Shown in pieces: positions 10,360 through 18,313 of a stretch of DNA of 64,000 bases. Both the position numbers and the translations under genes were made by a program. Each line of letters starts with the position of its first letter. The stretch's first letter is position 1. The stretch is from Anaerolineales bacterium (lineage in GTDB: Bacteria; Chloroflexota; Anaerolineae; Anaerolineales; UBA4823): contig DATEDC010000099.1 in the NCBI GenBank assembly GCA_035286585.1, positions 3,068 through 67,067 on the forward strand. Direction: 5' to 3'. Under the pieces are notes generated by a model, which searched no databases, was not told where the DNA came from, and worked only from the letters and a program-made list of their open reading frames with translations.

Positions 10360-11421
10360 GTGTCACATTCTAAACATTACCATCCAAAGCGGATGATCTA
10401 CCTGTTGTTGCTCATCGTTATACCCCTATTGCTCGCAATCACCTGGGTTATTAAGGTAAGACCAGCCATTGGCGCCGATTCGAGACCCTCCGGAGTCGAT
10501 CCTGAGGGTCCACCTATTGGCAGCCCGCCCGTGCTTGGGACTGTCTCGAGCAATTCACCTGTCAGCGAGAACGACAGCCTGGTTATCAGCGGTAATTTCT
10601 CCGACCCAGACACCAGCGACACTTTTACACTGGATGTCAGGTGGGGTAATGGCGATAGGGATATCTACGAGTATACATCTGGGACAACGGGGTTCAGCGA
10701 AACTCACCAATACCGGGATGATAACCCTAGCGGAACAAGTTCAGATCAATATACAATCAATATCAGTTTGACGGATAGCTCGGGATTAATCGATACAGAT
10801 ACAATAACCATAACAGTGAATAATGTAGCTCCGACGCTGGCCAGTGTCGTAATCACTCCATCAATTAACGAGAACGGCACTGCAACTTTGAGCGGGGATA
10901 TTGTTGATCCTAGCAGCGCGGACACTTTCTCCCTCGGGGTGATTTGGGGCGATGGGAATGTCAATACTATCAATTATCCAGCAGGGACTACCTCGTTCTC
11001 TCTAAACCACCAATACCGGGACGATAATCCCAGCGGAACTGCTGCAGATGAATATACCATCTCTCTCACTATAACAGATGACGATGGAGGCTCGAGCAAC
11101 GACTCTACCAGCATCACGGTCAACAATGTGGCGCCAGTTGTCCAGGCTGGAGCGGATCAGCAAGCGTTAATATTCGAGGTACTGTCATTTAACGGCAGCT
11201 TTACTGACCCGGGCAGCCTGGACACACACACGATTGAGTGGAATTTTGGAGACGGCACACCGGTCGTGAGCGGCAGCCTTACGCCCTCGCACACATTTAC
11301 CAGAAAGGGCGTATATACGGTAACTTTGACTGTGCGCGATGATGATAACGGCGTTGGCGTTGACACGCTTGAGGTCACGATAGATGCGTTCATACTCCAA
11401 TTACCGATGGCATATCGCTGA
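10360..11421 (+). CDS. Membrane-anchored protein with three PKD/cadherin-like repeats
   Basis: N-terminal TM helix, then two near-identical ~95-aa repeats (...HQYRDDNPSGT..D.YTI..T.TD..G...D...ITVNNVAP). The third repeat is a canonical PKD domain (HTFTRKGVYTVTLTVRDDDNG). GGGAGG lies 11 nt upstream of the GTG start. Confidence 0.6.
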   Translation: MSHSKHYHPKRMIYLLLLIVIPLLLAITWVIKVRPAIGADSRPSGVDPEGPPIGSPPVLGTVSSNSPVSENDSLVISGNFSDPDTSDTFTLDVRWGNGDRDIYEYTSGTTGFSETHQYRDDNPSGTSSDQYTINISLTDSSGLIDTDTITITVNNVAPTLASVVITPSINENGTATLSGDIVDPSSADTFSLGVIWGDGNVNTINYPAGTTSFSLNHQYRDDNPSGTAADEYTISLTITDDDGGSSNDSTSITVNNVAPVVQAGADQQALIFEVLSFNGSFTDPGSLDTHTIEWNFGDGTPVVSGSLTPSHTFTRKGVYTVTLTVRDDDNGVGVDTLEVTIDAFILQLPMAYR

Positions 11422-12259
11422 GCGAAATCCGCGGGATGCGACTTGCCTGCTGCTCCTGTTGAGCGTGTTGGCGGGGTGCACCTCAACCATTCCAGGTATC
11501 GATGCGCCTGAGCAAACAGTAACGGATACAGCGATACCGCTCTATTCGACTGCTACCCAGTCCAGCCTGACTCCCACAGAGGAGGTCGACCCATATTATC
11601 AGCGCCGTCTGAAGATGGTTGAAAACACCATTGAAGCGCGCGGTGTCCGCGATGCCCGCGTGCTGGAAGCCATGCGTAGCGTGCCCCGCCACCGCTTCGT
11701 CCCCGCTGACTACCTTGAATTCGCCTATGACGACAACCCATTGCCCATCGGTTACGGGCAGACGATATCCCAGCCATATATAGTGGCTTTAATGACCGAA
11801 CTACTCGATCTGACTCCCGGAGAAAAAGTACTCGAGATTGGAACCGGCTCCGGCTACCAGGCTGCCATCCTGGCGGCATGGGGTGGTCTTGAGGTCTACA
11901 GCGTGGAGATCATCCCCGAACTGGCTGAAAGCGCCGCTGCGCGCCTCCGGGAGCTCGCTTACACCGACGTCCAGGTTATGACCGCGGATGGTTACTTTGG
12001 CTGGGTAGAACACGCCCCGTTCGACGCTATTGTGGTCACAGCTGCTCCGGACCATCTCCCCGCACCCCTGGTCGAGCAGTTGGTGCCGGGTGGCCGCCTG
12101 GTCATTCCCATCGGTCCGCCAGGTGGTTTTCAGACTTTATGGAAATTTGTTTTTGAGAACGGCGAGCTAAAAGCCTATAACCTTGGATCGGTCGCTTTTG
12201 TGCCCTTTACCGGGAGCGGGATTGTCGGGGGGACCCCCGGGCCCACAATTTCTCCATAA
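11384..12259 (+). CDS. pcm: Protein-L-isoaspartate O-methyltransferase with a lipoprotein-type N-terminal extension
   Basis: VPRHRFVP...YDDNPLPIGYGQTISQPYIVALMTELL and SAM motif VLEIGTGSGYQAAILA. N-terminal LLLLLSVLAGC lipobox-like segment. Confidence 0.85.
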   Translation: MRSYSNYRWHIAERNPRDATCLLLLLSVLAGCTSTIPGIDAPEQTVTDTAIPLYSTATQSSLTPTEEVDPYYQRRLKMVENTIEARGVRDARVLEAMRSVPRHRFVPADYLEFAYDDNPLPIGYGQTISQPYIVALMTELLDLTPGEKVLEIGTGSGYQAAILAAWGGLEVYSVEIIPELAESAAARLRELAYTDVQVMTADGYFGWVEHAPFDAIVVTAAPDHLPAPLVEQLVPGGRLVIPIGPPGGFQTLWKFVFENGELKAYNLGSVAFVPFTGSGIVGGTPGPTISP

Positions 12260-14768
12260 ACCACGCGCCAGCATAACAAGCTGCTCCTAAACGCAGCACC
12301 CAGCCGAATCCAAACGAGAGGGCTAATAGAGCGGCTAACACAGCCGAAACTACTGATGCTGCGCCGTTAACCCCCCAACTCCAGGGTACGAGGGCGCGGC
12401 GACCTTCGGCTGCCAGGCGAGCAATCCCGGTGGGGAAGGGAAGTCCCATCAGGAAGCCAATCGGGGCGAGGATCAAGGCGGAAAATCCCAGCCTGGCTGC
12501 CAGGGATGCCCCCAGGGTGTTCTCGAAGAACTGCTTTCCCAGCAGTGGAAAACCCAATATGAAGACAACCAGCAAGGGCAGGACCAGAGGCGTAGAGATC
12601 CCCTGGCTGAAGCGGCTGCCTACTCCGGAGAAGAACAATAGTGAAAACAGCACCGTTGTGACGGCATAGGCTGGCTGTTCCAGGTAGAGGATAAACATCT
12701 GGATCAATGGGATTTCCACGAGTAAGAAAGCCAGCCCGACCAACCCAAAATATCCCAGCGGCATGATAGGGCTAACCTCGAAGGCGCTGCTAGCTTTACC
12801 GTCGCTGCCCTTCGTTCGGGCGACAGCCGCAGGAAGGAGGATCAACCCGCCTGCCAATACCGCCGCCAGTGCAAGCAGAGCTAATACGACAAAATAGCCT
12901 GCCCCCCCGAAAGGCTGCCAGGTCTTGCCAAATTCGGCTAAAACCTGCCTGGACTGTGACCACTTGAAATAGTGGCCGAAGAATGGACGATCATCGCTAG
13001 GGGGGCTGACATCGAAGGCGTAATCTCGATAGAATTGCCGGCGGTCATCCGTTGAGATCAAGGCGTTGAAGCTCTGGTAATACTCGTCTTCAGGAAGTAT
13101 ATTGAACTGATTGGCCTCTTGCGCCTGCATCCCTGGGACATACACCAGGTCGAACGCCCGGCTGGCGGCAAACGCTCGCACCAGTTCCAGTTCGCTGGCA
13201 GTAAATGCACCATTTTTCAGGTAAAGCGTTCCGGTGTTATAACTGCGGAAGGCAACCACACTCAGAGAAGGGTCAAGCCCGAGACGCTCCAGCGCGGTAA
13301 CGCCGATAGCAAAAGTACGCAGAAATTCGCTTGGAGGGGTCTGCAGCCAGCGGGTAACTACTAAAATACCGCCTGGGCGCAGGTTTCCAAGCGCATCCTG
13401 GAAGGATTCCACCGTATATCGGTATTCTTCAGCCAGGCTGTATGCGCCTGAGCGAACCGGGTGGTAGGCGCTGGTCAGGGAAATCAAGATCAGGTCGTAA
13501 TCCTGCAGCGATCGCCGCAGAAAGCTGCGCCCGCTGGCAGATACCGCATGCACATTCGGCAGAGTGTAAATGTGCTGGGAGGCGCTGACGATCAATGGGT
13601 TGACCTCCACTGCCATGACCTGCCCAGCTCCTTCAGCCAGAGCGATCAGGATATCTAACCCGCCGCGCGGTTCCAGGATGAGCGTCGTCGCCCGGGGGCG
13701 GAGCTGGTAAGCCAGAGAAGAGGGCATATAGGCGCTGAATGACAGATTTGCGCCCTCCCAAACAACCGGAGAGAGGTCATCGCCATCCACCAGGACCGCG
13801 TCTTGGGGTGGCGGCAGTTGCAGGAAGCGGTAGCTCAACCCGGGCAGCGAGCGAATGCCGGGGCTGCGGACCACATCCACGCGCGAGAATGCATTCCATG
13901 CCTGACGGATCAATTGGGCAGAAGGATACTGCAACGCGTACGACAAACCCTTATAAGGTGAGATGCGGAGCGCCATGAGGCTCAACCCATTTTTGCGAGC
14001 GAGGCGCAGGCTCACATCGCTGAGAGCGAAGACGAGCAAACTGACTAATACCGCCCAGCGGATTGATCCCTGGATTATCGCATATAGCCCCCAGCCCTGC
14101 CTTTGAAATCGTGGTATTCCATTCACCTGTCCTGTGAACAGCCAAATCATCCCCGCGCTCGCGGCTAACACGAGGCTCAAGGTGACCGTTCCTTCACCAC
14201 CGAGCAGATTGGGAGCAAACAGCGCCAGGAGGCAGCCAAAAGCGGATCCGACCAGATTGAAGGCATAGGTGAGCCCCGCCTGGTTGGCGTGGACGGTGAG
14301 GAGCAGCCCGGTGGCCAGCCCACTGAAGAAAAAAGGGCAGGCGAGGGCAACGTAATGCAGCACCAGGATCGCCAATTGCCGCTTATCCCAGGCTACGCTG
14401 AACGAGTCGAATGGCAGCCAGTTGGTCAGCAGGTAGGCAGTCAGCATGCTAACCCCAGACCCTAGCGCCAGCCAGCTCAGGCTCGAGTATGCCCTGTCGG
14501 CGGGAATCCGGGAGAAAAGCGCCAGGACCGTCCCGCTGGCGCCAAAGCCGAGCAGGGCAATGCTGACGATCATAAAAGCAAAATGGTAGAACTGCGCCAC
14601 CGAGAACAGCCGGGTCAGGTTGATCTCGTAGGTCAGTGTGGCGGTAGAAAGGAAGAACAAACCAAGCGCAGCTAAGCCGGAAAACAGCGGCGCTGGCTGG
14701 TGAGAATTGTTCGGTCTGTTAGCCATACCGTGTTTAGTCCGCCAACTGGCGCAACTGGCGATGCGCAA
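12207..14768 (-). CDS. Polytopic membrane protein with an embedded spermidine synthase-like (SAM-MTase fold) domain
   Basis: 853 aa. About 8 N-terminal and ~6 C-terminal TM helices flank a soluble domain (LILEPRGGLDILIALAEGAG..., YDLILISL...YSLAEEYRYTVESFQDALGNLRPGGILVV), as in fused MFS/spermidine synthase-like proteins. Confidence 0.55.
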   Translation of the reverse strand: MRIASCASWRTKHGMANRPNNSHQPAPLFSGLAALGLFFLSTATLTYEINLTRLFSVAQFYHFAFMIVSIALLGFGASGTVLALFSRIPADRAYSSLSWLALGSGVSMLTAYLLTNWLPFDSFSVAWDKRQLAILVLHYVALACPFFFSGLATGLLLTVHANQAGLTYAFNLVGSAFGCLLALFAPNLLGGEGTVTLSLVLAASAGMIWLFTGQVNGIPRFQRQGWGLYAIIQGSIRWAVLVSLLVFALSDVSLRLARKNGLSLMALRISPYKGLSYALQYPSAQLIRQAWNAFSRVDVVRSPGIRSLPGLSYRFLQLPPPQDAVLVDGDDLSPVVWEGANLSFSAYMPSSLAYQLRPRATTLILEPRGGLDILIALAEGAGQVMAVEVNPLIVSASQHIYTLPNVHAVSASGRSFLRRSLQDYDLILISLTSAYHPVRSGAYSLAEEYRYTVESFQDALGNLRPGGILVVTRWLQTPPSEFLRTFAIGVTALERLGLDPSLSVVAFRSYNTGTLYLKNGAFTASELELVRAFAASRAFDLVYVPGMQAQEANQFNILPEDEYYQSFNALISTDDRRQFYRDYAFDVSPPSDDRPFFGHYFKWSQSRQVLAEFGKTWQPFGGAGYFVVLALLALAAVLAGGLILLPAAVARTKGSDGKASSAFEVSPIMPLGYFGLVGLAFLLVEIPLIQMFILYLEQPAYAVTTVLFSLLFFSGVGSRFSQGISTPLVLPLLVVFILGFPLLGKQFFENTLGASLAARLGFSALILAPIGFLMGLPFPTGIARLAAEGRRALVPWSWGVNGAASVVSAVLAALLALSFGFGWVLRLGAACYAGAWFMEKLWARGSPRQSRSR

Positions 14769-14777
14769 GCTGTGACC

Positions 14778-15266
14778 TTAGAGATCCGAGTTCACCAGAG
14801 ACTCGGCCACCTGATCGTGGTTAATCGTCCCTACGCTGCGCCAGAGGGCTGCTCCCCGAGCATCGAAGAAGATGAAGGTAGGCGTGGCGATGACAGTAAG
14901 CTCTCGGGCCAGCGTCTTGCCGGCCGCCTCCTGCACATCCACGCGCAGGACAAGCAGCCGCCCGCTATATTCGCTCTCGATCCCATCCACGATGGGCCTG
15001 GCGGCCATGCAGGCTATTCAATACGGCGATTGGAATTCGAGCAGCACGGGTGTGCCCGCGCCGATCTGGCTGCGTAATTCAGCCAGGTCCGTGTGTGGGG
15101 TTTGCACGGGACGCAGGCGATACCAACCAAACAGCAGCCCAAAGGCCAGAAGGGCTAAGATCAGGAGACGTTCCAAGCTGAGACCGGGTCGCAAGAGAAA
15201 ATATCCTGCCAACAGCAGCACGAAAAGAATGAACAGCAGAGCGGAGTAGAGGTTAAAAGGGTTCAT
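14778..15266 (-). CDS. Membrane-anchored thioredoxin-fold protein with an in-frame TGA at the first position of the CxxC motif (U-I-A-C), a candidate selenoprotein or a nonsense pseudogene
   Basis: ORFs 15018..15344 and 14778..15008 share one frame and are separated only by TGA (15020-15018) plus three sense codons. The joined product reads ...TPVLLEFQSPY-[TGA]-IACMAARPIVDGIESEYSGRLLVLRVDV...ATPTFIFF..., which is a thioredoxin fold including the cis-Pro. There are two N-terminal TM helices, with a likely start at ATG 15266. Confidence 0.5.
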
Positions 15267-15465
15267 GGGATGAGGATAATGGAGAAGTGGAGAAGTGTCA
15301 ATAAGGCGAGCGCTTGTGTCCAGGACTTTCCCCTGCCTTTGCATTCACCCGGCAGCGTGTAATTTTCTTGTAATGATTCTGCAAGGTCTGGATAATCTTT
15401 CTGCTCTACACTAAGGTTTATTGCGCTCGTATAAACCCACTCAATATCCAAAGGAGGTAAAAACA

Positions 15466-15927
15466 ATGATCCGCAAAATTTCCCTGGTTCTCTCCGTTAT
15501 TGCCCTCAGCCTGCTGTTTGTCGTTCCTGCATTGGCTGACCCTGGCCAACCCAATTTTTCTCCTGGCTTGTATGGTGATGGCATGGTTTGGGGCACGAAG
15601 GGCGCCGCGATACTGCCCGCTCCCAGCGGCAATAACCTGGCTTCCTTCGATAAGCTGTTCGTCATCGTCAACAGCAACAATCCGATGGGGCAGTTGCCGG
15701 TGGCTGAAGCTGCGCCGGGCAATCCCGACTATAACGGCGGGCGCTGGTACACGCATACCGTGGAGTGGACAGCGGCTGGATTTGCAGACCATGGAATCGT
15801 GCCGGTGCTCACTTCTTACGCCCAGATTATGGTGCACTACAACCTGGGCCACCTCTCGATCACGCCGGGTTCACCTGCTGGCGGCCCGCCAGCCTTCTTC
15901 GAATGTCCGATGCTGCCAGTGAAGTAA
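15466..15927 (+). CDS. Secreted hypothetical protein
   Basis: ATG at 15466 preceded by AAAGGAGG. Signal peptide MIRKISLVLSVIALSLLFVVPALA. I recognise no family. Confidence 0.5.
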   Translation: MIRKISLVLSVIALSLLFVVPALADPGQPNFSPGLYGDGMVWGTKGAAILPAPSGNNLASFDKLFVIVNSNNPMGQLPVAEAAPGNPDYNGGRWYTHTVEWTAAGFADHGIVPVLTSYAQIMVHYNLGHLSITPGSPAGGPPAFFECPMLPVK

Positions 15928-15989
15928 GGCGTTTGGATCGCTGGTCAATAATTTTCACAAAATAACATCACGCCAACTCATTGGGAATA

Positions 15990-16028
15990 AACACGGGGCT
16001 GTCCCTCTATCATGGACAGCCCCGTGTT
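15990..16028. terminator. Bidirectional hairpin terminator between convergent genes
   Basis: Perfect 14-15-bp stem (AACACGGGGCTGTCC / GGACAGCCCCGTGTT) with a 9-nt loop. It sits between the stops at 15927 (+) and 16052 (-). Confidence 0.6.
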
Positions 16029-16051
16029 GTTTGGCAATAGTACACCCGCAG

Positions 16052-16372
16052 TTAAACAGCTTCCCCCTCCAGAGGGTATCCCGCCGCATCCCATTCCGCC
16101 AATCCGCCGGAGTAGCGGCGCACATTCTTAAAACCGCGCTTGACCAGATATTGATAAGCCGCCTGGCTGGCGATACAGGCTGGATCAGAGCAATAAACCA
16201 CGATCTCTTCCTCGGGGTCGAGCAATCGGGCGGCGTCTTCCATGCGGCTGATGCTGATCGAGCCAGGGATGTGTTTGGCGTTGAACGCCCATTCGTTCAG
16301 GGTCATCACGAGTTTAAATTTTTCACCACGGTCGAGCTTGGCTTTCAATTCCTCCCGGCTGATTACATTCAT
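16052..16372 (-). CDS. Single-domain rhodanese-like sulfurtransferase
   Basis: 106 aa. It has HIPGSISI, an active-site loop VVYCSDPACIASQ and a GGLAEWDAAGYPLEG tail. It lies 17 nt downstream of the REC/TrxR-like gene. Confidence 0.8.
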   Translation of the reverse strand: MNVISREELKAKLDRGEKFKLVMTLNEWAFNAKHIPGSISISRMEDAARLLDPEEEIVVYCSDPACIASQAAYQYLVKRGFKNVRRYSGGLAEWDAAGYPLEGEAV

Positions 16373-16389
16373 CTAATCTCTCCTCCTCG

Positions 16390-18051
16390 TCATACTGTCT
16401 TCAGGTACTGGTGGATGAGGCTGACCGCGATAGCGCCCTCACCCACGGCGGAGGCCACGCGCCGCACCGCCCCCTGGCGCACATCGCCAGCGGCGAAGAT
16501 ACCCGGTACGCTGGTCTCCAGCAGATACGGGTCGCGCTGCAACGTCCAGTTTTTCGGACGCTTACCGTCCTGGTACAGATCTGGGCCAGTCAGCACAAAC
16601 CCGGCACGATTGGTTGCCACAACCCCATTCACCATTTCAGTATGGGGCACTGCGCCGATGAAGAGAAACAGGGCTGGCGTCTCCACTCGCAAGGTCTCCT
16701 GGGTCTGGTTGTTTTTCAGGGTGAGCGCCTCCAACTTGTTTTTCCCAAATGCTTCGACCACTTCTGTGTGCACCTGAATGTCGATGTTTTCCGTCGCGCT
16801 GATCTGGTCGATCAGGTATTGGGACATGGTAGCCTGCAGACCGCTGCCACGCACCAACATGCTCACCTGGCTGGCATAGCGGGAGAAGAACATGGCAGCC
16901 TGTCCGGCGGAGTTGGCGCCTCCGACAACATAGACATGCTGACCTGTGTAGTAGGCGGCTTCGGTAAGGGCGGCGCCATAATATACCCCCGCCCCGGTGA
17001 GATCCTTGATGCCCGGCGCGTCCAGCTGGCGAACGGTTACACCCGTCGCGATCATAAGCGCCCGGGCGCTTAATTCGGAGCCATCATCCAGGATAACGAT
17101 GCGATATGGTCCATCTACCCGGACCTTAACGACCTCCTGGGCGGTCAGAATCTCAGCTCCAAGCCGTCTGGCCTGATCGGTTGCCCGTCGCGACAAGTCA
17201 GCGCCGCTGATGCCTTTGGGGAAACCCAGATAATTCTCGATGCGGGAGCTGGTTCCGGCCTGTCCGCCGGTAGCCTCGCGTTCGATCAGTGCGGTGCGCA
17301 AACCCTCAGAGGCCCCGTATACCGCAGCCCCCAGCCCGGCTGGCCCAGCCCCAATGATGACCAGATCGTAAAAAGGCTGGGTTGCCTGGGTCTGCATACC
17401 GGCTTTCTCTGCCAGCGTGCGGAAGTCAGGTTCCACCAGGGTTGTCCCATCGGGGAAAAAGACTACTGGCAAACGATGTTCTCCCTGCAACACCGAATCC
17501 ACCAGTTCCTTGGCAACGCTATCCTGCTCGATATCCAACCACTGGTACGGGATGCGGTTGCGCGCCAGGAAGTCCTTTACCAGATGCGAGTGAGGCGACC
17601 AGAGTGTTCCCGCCACCCGAATGCCCTCATATGGCAGCGGGACTGTCGCCATCCAGTCGCTCAGCAATTCATCCAGGATGGGATACAGGTGTTGGTCTGG
17701 GGGATCCCAGGGTTTCATCAGGTAGTGATCCAAGCCAATGACGTTGATACTGGTGATGGCGGCCTCTGTGTCTGCATAAGCCGTCAACAGTACCTTGCGC
17801 GCCTCGGGATAATACTTTAGCGCCTGGGATAGGAATTCCGTCCCGCTCATCTCTGGCATACGCTGGTCAACCAGAAAAAGAGCTATCGGAGTGTTCCGTT
17901 TTTTGAATTCTTCCACGGCTTTTAGCGCCTCAGCGCCAGAGCCGGCTTTTACAATCCGGTAATCGCTGCGGTAATACTGGCGCAGGTCGCGTTCGATAGC
18001 ATTCAATACTTGCGGCTCATCATCGACCGACATTATGATTGGCTTTGCCAT
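16390..18051 (-). CDS. Fused response-regulator receiver / glutaredoxin-like / thioredoxin-reductase-like FAD flavoprotein (completely Cys-free)
   Basis: REC domain (SVDDEPQVL...LFLVDQRMPEMSG...K). A middle thioredoxin-fold segment has WSPHS where CPxC would sit. The TrxR-like domain has GAGPAGLGAAVYGASEG and GGANSAGQAAMF dinucleotide motifs and IFAAGDV. There is no Cys in the 553 aa. Confidence 0.8.
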   Translation of the reverse strand: MAKPIIMSVDDEPQVLNAIERDLRQYYRSDYRIVKAGSGAEALKAVEEFKKRNTPIALFLVDQRMPEMSGTEFLSQALKYYPEARKVLLTAYADTEAAITSINVIGLDHYLMKPWDPPDQHLYPILDELLSDWMATVPLPYEGIRVAGTLWSPHSHLVKDFLARNRIPYQWLDIEQDSVAKELVDSVLQGEHRLPVVFFPDGTTLVEPDFRTLAEKAGMQTQATQPFYDLVIIGAGPAGLGAAVYGASEGLRTALIEREATGGQAGTSSRIENYLGFPKGISGADLSRRATDQARRLGAEILTAQEVVKVRVDGPYRIVILDDGSELSARALMIATGVTVRQLDAPGIKDLTGAGVYYGAALTEAAYYTGQHVYVVGGANSAGQAAMFFSRYASQVSMLVRGSGLQATMSQYLIDQISATENIDIQVHTEVVEAFGKNKLEALTLKNNQTQETLRVETPALFLFIGAVPHTEMVNGVVATNRAGFVLTGPDLYQDGKRPKNWTLQRDPYLLETSVPGIFAAGDVRQGAVRRVASAVGEGAIAVSLIHQYLKTV

Positions 18052-18103
18052 CAGTTCTCACACCCTTTTCTAACGTGGGTGATCTTCCCCACCGTGCTGA
18101 CCG

Positions 18104-18286
18104 TTATATTTGCAGGTGCTCACGCACCTCTCGACGGTTTAAAAATGAATTGCGCAGTTCTTCATTGCTAATATGATCGAAGATGTATTGTAACACCTCA
18201 CGTGTCCTGCCGCGTAATTGCGCTGCTTCAACACGATCGCCTTTCAGCTCATAAACCATGGCTAATTTTGCCAGGACACGCCACAA
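18104..18286 (-). pseudogene. Remnant copy of the C-terminus of a cyclase-associated TPR protein
   Basis: The 60 codons (TTG start, TGA immediately upstream in frame) align along their length with the last ~60 aa of the adjacent 589-aa TPR protein: ...NEELRNSFLNRREVREHLQI against ...SEELRESFLNRKDVIALRESQ. Confidence 0.5.
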
Positions 18287-18313
18287 TCAATGCCCCTAAA
18301 ATCAAATCCAGAC

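Noticed and set aside
12207-12259. 53-nt convergent overlap between pcm and the 853-aa membrane protein gene, considered as a possible annotation or assembly problem
   Set aside because: Both ORFs keep family-typical sequence up to their ends. Convergent 3' overlaps of this size occur naturally, so nothing supports an error.
16031-16777. 248-aa plus-strand ORF
   Set aside because: It spans the rhodanese gene and the 3' end of the REC/TrxR-like gene on the opposite strand. It has no start context and no homology pattern.
14778-18051. The idea that the REC/TrxR-like enzyme is the dedicated reductase of the UxxC thioredoxin-like protein
   Set aside because: The TrxR-like protein has no Cys at all, so classical dithiol exchange with a thioredoxin is not possible. 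I kept only the weaker statement of genomic proximity.
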